Shown: positions 1-11,327 of the stretch, piece after piece
Numbering within the stretch: the first letter of the stretch is position 1
How the letters are laid out: each line of letters begins with the position of its first letter
Assembly: GCA_964247055.1 (NCBI GenBank)
Contig: OZ176051.1
Location: forward strand, 10,106,001 to 10,170,000
Source: Paragordius varius
Taxonomy: Eukaryota > Animalia > Nematomorpha
Direction of reading: 5' to 3'
DNA: 64,000 nt
The notes under the pieces: generated by a model
Told to the model about the DNA's origin: nothing
What the model saw: the letters and a program-made list of their open reading frames with translations, nothing else
Database searches by the model: none
Translations under genes and position numbers: made by a program

Positions 1-190
1 TTAGCTTTAAAATTAAATAAACTTGCTATAAAAATGTTGTAAAATAAAAATGGCCCCGAAGTAGTTTGTGATGGAACTTTTTTTTCAAAACTGTTTATAG
101 ATATTTCGGCTTATTTATATAATTTTAATTACAATCGAGGAACAAATTTAAATCCAGACCGTTTCTTTCAGCAGTTTGTCAATAATATTA
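1..190. repeat. Partial internal fragment of the TTAA-flanked MITE family (see 12657 and 26566)
   Basis: aaaatggccccgaagtagtttgtgatggaacttttttttcaaaa...gaccgtttctttcagcagttt matches the internal segments near 13020-13180 and 26925-27060. Confidence 0.55.
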
Positions 191-419
191 GCTTAAATTT
201 AGTCATTTTACGCGTTTCGCTTCTAAAAAACTTATAACTAAAATGGCAATCAGATGATTGGCGTCTAATTTGATTTATATGGTGTCTCCCAAGATTTTTT
301 GTAGATTATGTATATACATCCACATACAAAAATTTGAGACTATTCATATATATAAACGGACTCCAAAATTACTATGGAATGAAGAGTTAATTTGTGAAGT
401 ATAATCTACAAATATTATT

Positions 420-2735
420 CATGATTTTCGCTAGATATGCAATTTTTTGATTTCAGGAAAACAATTAATATTTTCAAGAACGATTGTTGACCTCTACGCA
501 TTTAAAAATTTAATATTCTTACACTTAATAATTTTAACTGTATAAATAATATTAAATACCTTTTTAATAAAAAATATGCTATAAACATATATAATAACAC
601 TGGACAACAAATTTTTCTGCCATTCGAGTTTTTTGAATTTTCTGATATTTAGTATCATTTTAACAGAAAATCTGAAATAAAAATTATAACTCGTTGGAAG
701 AATTTTGTATAATTTGATTTTTTTTTAATTATGCGCCCTCTTTATCAAAATTTTACTAAAAAATATTTTTCTTTTAAAATATACAAGTAATGCCCATTTG
801 TAATATATCATTCGAAAGAGTAATAAAAACTCTATAAATTGCATACTAATATGTATTACATCGACAGTTAATATTGGACTTAAAGACCGACAAACGCGCG
901 AAGCGAGAGCATTTTTTTAAATTATTATATTTTTAAAACTAATGGATGAAAATAGCTCAAACTTTGTTTAGATGGTGATGAATGTCCAAAAAAAATAACA
1001 CAAGAAAGTTTTTTTGATTAAAACATAATTTTATTGCTTTTATGTCACTCAAAACAGCCATTTTTAAGTTTTTTGTTTTTTAAAAACTACCATCTCATCA
1101 ATATTAATTTATTTTCTTTATAATGCTGATAATTTCGAAATTTTAAAGATAAAAACAAAGTTTAAGGTATTTTTGATCTTTTATAGCCATTATGTAATAA
1201 ATTTACAGTTATAACTATGCATTTTAGTATCCACTAGGTAAAATATTTATGATAATAATAATTTTTATTAAAAAAGCAAGCCAAAAGCTTTTTCAATCAT
1301 TTTTTTTAAATTAAATACTAATATAACCCTAATAATTATATTAAAATAATTTATATGATTTTCAAATTAGTTTGTCTGTGAAAATTCTTGACTTATTTAA
1401 GGATTGAAAATTTCGACCATTTAAATCCAAATAACTTTTACATCCGATTGATTTAAATGATGTACTACCATTTATAAGATGCAGTTTTTTCCGCTCTTTC
1501 GAATGATATAAAATACATGGCTTCATATCTAGAACTTTTAATTTTCGAAATTTAGAGTTTAATGTTAAATCGGGGCCAAAAATTATCGATAAACTCTAAT
1601 ATAAAAAAATTCTTGCATGCTAGACCAATTTTCTTTTCAGATATACTAATTATGTACTTTAATGAAATAAATTTTAAATTTACAAGAATGGCAGTTAAAA
1701 AAAGTTAAAATTTGTTTTCCAGTGTAATTTAAACGGTCGTACACCTCGTATTAGTTTTTTATTAATTACTCACTATATAATTTTCTATTATTATAATTAT
1801 ATCTGGATGCTTCATATATTGATATACCTACTTATTCTGGCAAAACAGAGTAAGAAACCGATCAATAAAATTTAGAGATATCGCGATACAGTCATCATTT
1901 TGAATAAAAAAATGCAAACAAAAATCTATATAAAGACAAAGACTTTGAATTATTTTATATATTTAAAAGAACAAAAATATATATTATATTTTATAGGTTT
2001 CGAAGGGGAAATTTCCGAACCTTCTAAAATGGATTTATTACAATTTAAGTCCAGATACTTTGATTTATTTTTTAGATTTTACCAAAATTTTAGTTAAGGT
2101 TTTTTAGGGTATTTTCAAGCATGGTGGAAAAAGTGATAGATATCTTTAGTAGACTCAAAATATTCAAAAGGAGTAATCTTATTATACCGCTTCCATTATT
2201 GTTAAACTTATTTTAATTTAATAGAGCAATGTGGTGATCTTATGAGCAATGTTGGTGGGTTTAAGATTACTAGTTCATCTATAGATGTTAAAAATTGGAG
2301 GCTTTCGGAGACAATCTAATTAAACTTTTTAAAATATTGTTTTTATTTTAAGTAAAGTTTATATTTTATAGTTTTATTATGTGAAATTTAGCTTTAACCA
2401 AAAATTTTATTTTTCGTAGAATTTTGCGAATTTTTGCTGTAAACACCTACAAAAGTGGTATTTTCTTAATCGTAAGGTCCAAACAAAAAGCCCATGATTG
2501 CAGTTTCAATATTTTATTTAGATTTAGGTTGTGTATATAGTAAAAATATAATCAAAACAATAAATTTAAAATGTTATTAACATTATAGCATACATTGATT
2601 CAAATTTGACATGAAAGCGGGTAGCTTTATTTAATGTAAGTCGTTCACAGACCTTCTAATACATTTAAATTTACATTAATTAGTTATATTGATGTTTAGT
2701 TACAAATGAAATATTAATTACAATAAACGACGCAT
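420..2735 (+). pseudogene. Disrupted paralogous copy of the gene segment at 6745-8005
   Basis: 420-597, 1725-1880 and 2110-2735 align with 6745-7030 and 7270-8005. An exon is interrupted by the 598-1724 element, the Cys-rich exon is not recognisable, and a ~100-bp deletion fuses TGGAAA to AAGTGA. Confidence 0.6.
598..1724. mobile_element. Non-autonomous CMC-superfamily (Chapaev3/EnSpm-like) DNA transposon, 1127 bp
   Basis: TIRs CACTGGACAACAAATTTT / AAAATTTGTTTTCCAGTG (1 mismatch), TAA on both sides (595-597, 1725-1727); the empty site with a single TAA is visible in the paralog near 6890. Confidence 0.75.
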
Positions 2736-5221
2736 CAATACACAGCTGCCCCCAAAGTTTGGCCTTGCCGCCGAGTACCGTTTCCCCTAAGAGCAAAAGT
2801 TGAAAACGAATTACTAAGATTACAAAAGTTAGATATTTTAGAGCCATTAGATCCCAACCTGACACCTCTGATGTGGGCCACGCCCAACGTTAATGTGCTC
2901 AAAGCGCATGGAGAGGTAAGAATTTGCAGCGATTTCAGAGTTACCATCAACAAGTGGCTCACGGAGGACTCTCATATCATTCCAACGTTTGATGATTTAG
3001 TGAGTAAGATGAAGGCCAAGTTTTCACTAAGATTGACTTGAAAGATGCCTATCTACAAATGCCCATAACCAAAGAATCACAACATCTCCTAACAATTGCA
3101 ACTCACAAGGGATTTTTTCGCTACAAAAAAATGCCTTTCGGACTGTCAACAGCACCAATAATTTTCCAACGAGTCATGGACAGGTTATAAAAGATTGTCC
3201 CGGCACATGTGCATATTTAGATGATGTTTTAGTAGCTGGCAAATCTGAACAGGAACATTTAATAAATCTTAATAATGTTTTAAATCGGTTAGAATTAGCA
3301 GGTTTTAGATTAAAAAAAGATAAAATAAAAATTGGTGAACCTTCAGTAAGTTATCTGGGATTTGAAATAAGTAATAAAGGTATAAGTCCAAGAATAAAGT
3401 AAAAGCAATCAATGATTTTAAAAAACCTGCGGATAAAAAATCTTTAAGAAGTTTTCTAGGATTTTTAACGTTCCATGAAAGATTTATACCCAAGCTTCAA
3501 TTGATTGTAAGTGATTTACATAGTTTAACAAGTAAGAACGTCAGATGGAACTGGTCGGAAAAACATGAGAATTGTTGAAAAGCCGCTAAGGAATTATTAA
3601 GTGAACAAATATTATTAACACCATACAATCCGGATAGAAAGTTAGTAATTGAAACCGATGCTTCAGATATAGGGTTTGGATGTATTTTAAGTCATGTTGT
3701 AAATGGTGAAAGAAAACCCATTGCCTATGGTTCAAGAAAATGTAGTACCGCAGAATTGAACTACTCCACGATAGAAAAGGAATTAAAGGCTATTGTTTTT
3801 GCATTAGAAAAGTTTCAAAACTTCATTTATGGTAGAAAGTTTGAATGACAGACTTACCACTGGTTAGGTTGATAAATAGGGATAGAAATTTGAAAGAAAT
3901 TCAAAATGCGAAAGTTTTAAGATGGGTTAACCGACTGAATGATTATGATTTTGAACTAAGTTATCAGGCGGGTCCGAAAAATAGAGCCGATTACTTGTCA
4001 AGATGTCCCGGTGAAGATAATGTTGACACAATTGATAGAGATTACATGGTAACGAGACATCTTAGGTTCCTAAATTGTCATAACGTTCAGTTAAGTCGCG
4101 ATGAAATTCGGAGAAAGACGGTTAAGGATAAAATTTTGCAGAAAGTAATTAAGGCGATTCATAACCAAGATTGGAGTGATGTTGAGTTGGCTGGGTTTAC
4201 GAACCGAAAGGGAGAGATTTCGTAGCAATACGGATGCTCAGTTTAAACGATCGAATTATCATCCCAGCAAGCTTACAGGCAAATTTGGTCAATTATTTAC
4301 ACAGCGGGCATAATAATGTAGAAACGATGAAAGCAATGGCAAGGTTTACCTGTTTTTGGCCAAAATTAGAGAACGATTTGGTAAGAAGATACAGTGAATG
4401 TAGTTCATGTCAAGTAAACAAGCCAAGCCTAAGCGAAAATTCGACTTATCAATGGGATCCAAATGCTGCGATATGGGAGCGGTTACACATCGATATAGCA
4501 GGCCCAGTTGACGGGTTTTATTGGTTGTTGTTGATTGATAGCTCATCAAAATGGTCGGAAGGGTTCATGTTAAAACGGGTGAATGCGGTAAACATAATGT
4601 ACAAACGAGGAAACCTTTGCAAGGTTTGGGTTTCCGAGGACGGTAATTAGTGATAATGCTTCTTATTTTAATAATTCATACTTCCCATCCACCCTAACAA
4701 ACTTGGGTATTAAACACGTGAGGGTAACCCCCTATCATCTTAAAAGTAATGGGATGGTAGAAAGGTTAGTGGGGACCCTCAAGGGCAAGTATAGAAAAAT
4801 CAAAAATGATAATATTTCACCACAAGAAGCTTTCAATACCACTTTATGGTCGTACCGTAATTCAATACATGCTACTACAAAAGAAACCCCGTTTCAACTA
4901 CTCTTTAAACGAGTATCTCAAACACCCCTGACCTGGATTAACACAAAAACAACAGTCTTAGACGCACCCCATCCACGCCGTGAGTTCGCAATAGACCAAC
5001 GCATAATGATGAAAAACGAAGAAAGTCCTGGATGGCGTGCCGGCGATGTTGTTGATAGAACTGGTCTCCTTTCGTACAGTGTGTGGGATCAGGTAAACCA
5101 GAAGATTGTCAGAAAGCACGCGGACCAGTTGAAACACGTAGATCCACCAGCCAACTCAACTGCACCGGTCACTTAAAACAATAGTAATGATAGTGATAAA
5201 GACAATAACAATAATAATAAT

Positions 5222-5675
5222 AAATATTTAACATATTATGGAGATTATTTCTCTTAACCTACCTTTGCAATTAGAAGTTATAGTACTTCCTATCAAGCAA
5301 TAGGTGGCTTTATGAAACGAAAATTTAAAGGGGACAGTGTTTACCACGTGTCATAGTGTGAGACGCGGCACAATCGGTTGCCCTCTCTGGGCCTAAGTTC
5401 TCCGTTTTCTCTTTCACCAACTATAATTGGTTTAAAATCTTAAAATACTCAGTATATATACAAACTTTTAACGACAGTGTTTACCCGTGCTTATTATGTG
5501 TGGTTGATGAGTCCACAACAAGGACGAAACGCGTCTCACATTATGACACGTGGTAAACACTGTCCCCTTTAAATTTTCGTTTCATAAAGCCACCTATTGC
5601 TTGATAGGAAGTACTATAACTTCTAATTGCAAAGATAGGCTAAGAGAAATAATCTCCATAATATGTTAAATATTT
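5222..5675. repeat. Fold-back inverted repeat (146-bp arms 5222-5367 / 5530-5675, 3 mismatches) carrying a hammerhead; Penelope pLTR/retrozyme-like
   Basis: Arms compared base by base; inserted into the Asn-rich tail of gypsy pol. Confidence 0.85.
5473..5564 (+). ncRNA. Minimal type I hammerhead ribozyme, family 1 (C3U variant)
   Basis: TTGATGA(5504-5510) GTCC-acaacaa-GGAC GAAA C-GC-GTC, predicted cleavage after 5535; stem I GTGTGG/TCACAT extended by GACAGTGTTTACC/GGTAAACACTGTC; stem III palindrome ACGCGT. Confidence 0.75.
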
Positions 5676-5916
5676 TTTATAAAGATGGCGTTTTCCGCTA
5701 AAAAAATTTGTTATTTTTTAATAATAATAATGGTAACAGTATTGATAATAATAACAATAGTAATGACAATAATATTGATAAAATAAATGATAATAATAAT
5801 GAAAGTAGTAATGATAACATTAATAGCAATAATGACAATATCAATGCAAATCCGCACGATCGTCGTTACCCTGAGAGAATTCGGCGGAAGCCGGTCCGGT
5901 TCTCCTAAGGGGAAAG

Positions 5917-6208
5917 TGATGTTATGCAAATCTAAATATATACTTTGTTTTTATATCATAATTTTCTGTGTTACATTCAAATGTGAAATACATACTTTGG
6001 TTGTATATCATAACTTTCAGCGTTATTTGAATTGTATTATTTTTATATTTTTGAGTACTATGTAGATATTATATCCTTTGCTAATTGAAATTTTATTGTT
6101 ATAATGCAAATTATGTACAACTAAAATTAGTATATATAAACCCTAAAAAAACCGAATGAATATTCATTTCACATTTCTTATTATTTTCTCCTCTTCTAGT
6201 TAACATCT
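5917..6208 (+). repeat. Candidate 3' LTR of the gypsy element
   Basis: Begins TGATGTTA right after the PPT; a near-inverted end TAACATCT at 6201-6208; TATA-like run near 6132. No 5' LTR in the window to confirm the right boundary. Confidence 0.45.
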
Positions 6209-6260
6209 GCAAGTTAACACCTTGTTAGCAACAGAGACTATAAGAAACCCAAATTTTGTT

Positions 6261-6349
6261 GACAGTGTTTACCAAGTTTCATAGTGTGAGACGCGTTTCG
6301 TCCTTTTTGTGGACTCATGGGTCACCCCTAATGAACACGGGACACTGTC
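6261..6349 (-). ncRNA. Degenerate hammerhead copy, family 1 (core mutated to CCAUGA)
   Basis: Reverse complement reads ggtgaCCCATGAGTCCacaaaaaGGACGAAACGCGTCtcac, with the same GACAGTGT closing arms. Confidence 0.65.
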
Positions 6350-6719
6350 AGTTCAGGAATTGTATATATATTGAGTTTTAAATAATTTGAAACAGAATAG
6401 AGGCACTATCTATACTCCTGTTGATTTATAACTTATAAGGAGATGGCTCCTTCCACCAAAATAAATTCTGATATCCTAACTATAAAAAGTTAACCTGGCT
6501 TAAGGTTATAAGGTGTCATATTACCTGGCTGAATTCTAATGCAATCGATTGTCCAATATGGACTCTAAGCTCTGAAAAATTCATTTCTCCGACTATATTC
6601 GGTATCAAATTATCTAAAACTCAATATATACACAATTCCTGAACTGACAGTGTTTACCCGTGTTCATTAGGGGTGACTGATGGGTCCACAAAAAGGACGA
6701 AACGCGTATCACACTATGA
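6277..6719. repeat. Second fold-back inverted repeat (~115-bp arms 6277-6389 / 6605-6719) made of family-1 hammerhead units
   Basis: tttcatagtgtgagacgcgtttcgtcc...aattgtatatatattgagttttaaataatttga is the inverse of tcaaattatctaaaactcaatatatacacaatt...ggacgaaacgcgtatcacactatga. Confidence 0.8.
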
Positions 6720-6720
6720 T
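6646..6720 (+). ncRNA. Hammerhead copy, family 1 (A9G variant, GUA triplet)
   Basis: GTGA-CTGATGG(6677-6683)-GTCC-acaaaaa-GGAC-GAAA-CGCGTA-TCAC. Confidence 0.65.
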
Positions 6721-6870
6721 GAAACTCTACAATTAAAAGTATTCATAATTTTCGCTAAATATGCAATTTTTTGATATAACAATTAATATTTTCAAGATTG
6801 TTCACCTCTACGCATTTTATAATTTAAATTATTAAACTTAATAATTTAAGAAATTACTTTTTATAAAAAG

Positions 6871-7577
6871 TGCTATAAAATATATACAATAATTTTAACG
6901 GTCGTTTACCTCGTATTTTTATTTAAGGATGTTTTAAATACTCACTATATAGTTTTCTATTATAAATCGGGATGCTTCAAATATGGATATACCTATTTAT
7001 TCTGGCACAACAGGGTAATAAACCAGTTTGTGAAATTTAAGTTATCGCGTCAGAGTACTTTTAAAAGCACGCATAAATCTTAATATATGAATATATTATT
7101 AAGGATAGAAAAATGTAAACGGTGCTTTTGTTTCAAAGATAATTCAAAATTTTGTCACTTTTGCTATTGCCATATTGAAAGGTCACAAAATTAGCTCACT
7201 TATAATATATTTTTATAAGATATTTTGTTTTATTTATTAAACAAAGTTTATTTAGTTACGGTATACGGTATTTTCAAGCATGGTGGAAACGGTATGATAA
7301 TACTTCAAAATTTTACACTTTTTCTTTTTGATGCCAATAAGAAAACAGTATTAACCTATTCGAAATAAACTTTCCAGTCAAAAATTTCAAGTGATAGATA
7401 TCTTTAGTAGACTCAAAATATTCAAAAGGAGTAATCTTATTATACCGCTTCCATTATTGTTAAACTTATTTTAATTTAATAGAGCAATGTGGTGATCTTA
7501 TGAGCAATGTTGGTGGGTTTAAGATTACTAGTTCATCTATAGATGTTAAAAATTGGAGGCTTTCGGAGACAATCTAA
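6871..7577 (+). CDS. 3' part of an unrecognised multi-exon gene (hydrophobic stretch, CxxCxC x2 motif, basic tail)
   Basis: Exons 6871-6912, 6953-7014, 7104-7181, 7256-7291, 7378-7430, 7483-7577 with GT-AG borders splice in one frame: CYKIYTIILTVVYLFSIINRDASNMDIPIYSGTTGIEKCKRCFCFKDNSKFCHFCYCHIESYGIRYFQAWWKRQKFQVIDIFSRLKIFKRKQCGDLMSNVGGFKITSSSIDVKNWRLSETI*. Confidence 0.55.
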
Positions 7578-8147
7578 TTAAACTTTTTAAAATATTGTTT
7601 TTATTTTAAGTAAAGTTTATATTTTATAGTTTTATTATGTGAAATTTAGCTTTCACCAAAAATTTTATTTATCGTAGCATTTTGGGAATTTTCGATGTAA
7701 ATACTGACTACAAAAGTGGTATTTTCTTAATCGTAAGGTTCAAACAAAAAGCCCCATGCACTGCATTTTCAATATTTTATTATAATTTTAGATTGTGTAT
7801 ATAGAAATATAATCAAAACAAAAAACAAATTGTTATTAAAATTATAGCATTCATTAATTAAAATTTCACCTTAAAGCGGGTAGTTTTATTTATTGTAAGT
7901 CTTTCACAGACCTTTTAATAAAATTAAAAATTTACATTAATTGGTTATATTAATGATGTTTAGTTACAAATGTTAATTACAAAAAACGACTCATTAATAC
8001 ACAGCGCGCCTAAAAAAATTTCCAGTATCTGAAAAATTTTCGCAAAACTAGGAATTTTTCCCTATAATGTAAACGCAAAATATATGACAATCTTTACTAA
8101 CGATCAAATGTTTTTATAAGTTGATTGCTAACTAACTCTATATTCAG

Positions 8148-8829
8148 GTTTAGCATCCATGCCATACAATGATACCCTAAGTATATTTAATTAAAACATA
8201 TAATCTAAATATTTTAAGTCGATAATGCTACATCGTTTGATTCGAGTATGAAAAAAGCTATAGTTTTTAGTGGACAAGACTTATATAATTGCTATTAATG
8301 TAACAAGTAAAATATTTTCGATTAAATAAACTATTCAGACACGAGAAACGTTTCATTTCAGGTTAATTTAAATTTATTTACGATTTTAACGCTTAATAAT
8401 ATATTTTAGGGCTTAGTCATGCAACCTCAACACAGTGAAATGCCACATAAAACATTACCTTTAGATACGGGCTTCATTAGAAAGAGTACAAAATTTAACT
8501 TCTCATTGTTATTATCATTTAATACGTAGTTTTGTAACTTAGAGCGTTCCAATTCTATTGAGATATTGGGATTTAAAAATATGAATTCTATAGAAAATAA
8601 AACTGTAAATCTCAAAATTTTCGCCGCCATTTTTTGCTTTAGATATTTTTACACAGCAGGCAAAAATGATTATGTTAAATATAAATTATTAATTCCAGAA
8701 TGCTTTAACATAGCAGCAATAACTTGCTTGATTTTCATATCAGTTGTTATTGTTTTGAACTCTAAAACTTACAAAACTGAAATAGAACATGTTTTTTGCA
8801 GATATAAAATAAATTTTAAAAAAAAATAA
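8148..8829 (+). CDS. Cluster of short putative exons of an unknown gene (possible extracellular domain)
   Basis: Phase-consistent GT-AG exons 8148-8180, 8219-8245, 8271-8306 and following give LASMPYNDTLIDNATSFDSMDKTYIIAINVTNTRNVSFQGLVMQPQHSEMPHK; the 3' structure is unresolved. Confidence 0.4.
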
Positions 8830-9158
8830 TTTTTAAAACAGTTTTGCGTTTAGGAATATAAGTAATAGTATGGAAGATGATCCAAAATACAATCGTTTCA
8901 AAAATTAAAATAAATAAAAGTATAAATTATTTAAATTTTTATATGAGGATTTAAAAACAACGTATCCTAAAATATTTATAAAATATAGCAAAAAGTATGA
9001 TTAAACAATAAATCAAAATAGTTAAATTAAATTATTTTCAGTATATATTAAAATATAAAAACTGACGGATAGTTTGAGGAGTGTAGTTTTCAATTATGCA
9101 TTTTTAATTTTTTTATAATAAGAATTTTTAAATTTTGGTCCATATAAGAATTATTCAG

Positions 9159-10673
9159 AATTTACCCTGGGGTAGAAAACTGCCCCCAGGTTCATAAAGT
9201 ATTAAAGTGCATTTACATATGAAACATTTATAAATTATATTATAGCAATGGTTCAAGGAGGTATTATTAATGTACCGGAAAAATATAAATAAAACATTTT
9301 AATATCAACCATCCTATATTAGCTGTAATTGGTGCAGCAGGTACTTGGATTATCATTACCCTATTTACAACATTGCTTTTATAAAAAGATTTATAATATT
9401 TCCTTTTCATCATGTATTAAGGTGGTTTAGGTAATCCATATTATATGCACCATTCATTTACTTAATATATAATATATATTATACCTTTCCCAAAGGAATT
9501 CTGGTGGGAGAAGGCACTTCATCTGCATCAGCAGGAGCAGGCGCATCTCAAATAGCAGCTCCCACCACAGGGACATTGGATTCTGGGCCTTCTACATCCG
9601 CAAGTAATATGTTACAGTATCATATTATTTATTGTTTAGAATAGACAATTAAAAGTATTGTTGGTCAATTGGATAAAAAAATGCTTAATTTTAACCATTT
9701 ATTGCATTTTACGCATATACTACTGTATTTCTAATAAACCCTTAAATATTCCAACTCTCAGCTTATCTGCAAAACAAGCACCCTTTAAAAAGTCAAGCAA
9801 TTCAAAAAATAAATAAAACATGTATTGTGCTCGCATTCTTTCCAATCTTGCAATGGTCTTGTTTTAGTCCGTTTCAATGATTTTAATATATTTTAATTAT
9901 TTTTCGAATCATATCCATTCGTTCAATGCAACCATTATCAAAATATTTTTGTCTTCAATTTATACATTTTTTTGGGTTAAATTCAAAGGCAAAATGTTAC
10001 AATAATTAAATTTAAATTTCATCCTATAACGTTATCTAAAATGCATTATTTTGTTTTTACTTTATCAAAGGCTTATCTGTAAATAAAATTTGAATTGCAG
10101 ATCTACATAATTTTTGGCTTGGAGACGTGACGCCTGACAGAGTTTTTAGTTAATATCTAAAAATTAGGAAAAAAATACGTATTTTGACGGAGCCTTGAAG
10201 ATTTTACCGATAACTAATAGCTTTTGTAATAGGGGTTAAAGAGAGGTGACATTCCACGGTCTTCATACGAAACAGAATTATTTTTTTATTTTCTTGATTT
10301 CGCCTTTATTATAGCACTTGCAACAAATAGGGCATCATTAACTCATATCCTAGGGCTAAAATGGTCTATATGTTTTTGAATTATTTTCTTAACATTCGTT
10401 TTCAGCAAAACTTCTAAAAGGTATTGGGTGGGTTTACTTGCAGTTTAACACTTGACCCCTATTATAGATATTTATATATATATATATATATATATATTAT
10501 TTATAATTAGGTGCAACGAACATCGGTAGAATATAAAAATTGACTTTAGAAGACGCAAGTAATCAACCAGGTCCATCGGGAGTCTCCCAAAACCCTGACA
10601 CGAGTATAAATTTTACCATCATAATTTGACAGGAAATCAACGCGAAATGTCAATGAGTGATTGTAATTTTTAA
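9159..10673 (+). CDS. Putative micro-exon gene (Gly/Ala/Ser-rich, unknown product)
   Basis: Exons 9159-9189, 9246-9260, 9323-9340, 9422-9430, 9496-9603, 10511-10525, 10550-10603, 10633-10673, all junctions phase 1 and GT-AG: NLPWGRKLPPAMVQGAVIGAAGGLGILVGEGTSSASAGAGASQIAAPTTGTLDSGPSTSASATNIEDASNQPGPSGVSQNPDTRNQREMSMSDCNF*. Confidence 0.55.
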
Positions 10674-11327
10674 TTTTATCATTTCAAAAATTATCTATTT
10701 TTTAAGTGCCTTCATGATTGGTGTTAAAATTCATATTGGAAAAGGCATTAAGAGCATTAACTGTGTAACTAAGAAAAATTTGAGATATTTATTTTTTACA
10801 ATATTTTATGGGGTTTGGAAGGCTTAAAATTTTAGAAGATTGAACAGTTTTTCAGAAATATAAAAAAATTGGGATTTTAACGCATCTGTTACAGAATAAT
10901 ATATTCCATAAGCGCAAAACAGCTGTTTATGAGGGGTTCATATATAAGATTGAATTTCGTTAGTTCCAAGGTTTTTTTGTCATAAACCAAAAAAACTAAT
11001 TATCTTTTCTAAATAAGCTAAACCCAAACTTTTGCATTATTATCAACATCGTAAAACTTATAACATTGGTAAATTTTTTTAAAAAAATATTAATTAAATG
11101 TTTAAAGTTTATACTCAATATTTTACTGTTTTATGTGTTTTTCTCTTATTTAAAGTTAAAATGCTTTACATCAGCTGTTTAGCGGATTTTATATCCTCAA
11201 ATTTATGTCTTACAGTTTATTATTCAATATATTTTAATTCGGTTCTTTCAGGTGTATAACTTTCGAAATTTTACACATTTTCATATAAAATAATTATTTG
11301 AATGTTTTAATTAATTTTAAATAGCCG

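Larger units (their letters stand above)
2740..6208 (+). mobile_element. 5'-truncated, degenerate Ty3/gypsy LTR retrotransposon (RT-RNaseH-integrase, PPT, candidate 3' LTR)
   Basis: RT motifs RVPFPLR, VRICSDFR, KIDLKDAYLQ, MPFGL, AYLDDVLV. RNase H motifs ETDASDIG, NYSTIEKE. Integrase HSGH..CSSC zinc finger and WERLHIDIAGP core. Several frameshifts/stops; tail RRYPERIRRKPVRFS* is followed by PPT AAGGGGAAAG (5907-5916) and TG. Confidence 0.9.

Noticed and set aside
5708-6065. Asn/Ile-rich ORFs on both strands
   Set aside because: Low-complexity (AAT)n tail of gypsy pol and its shadows, not independent genes
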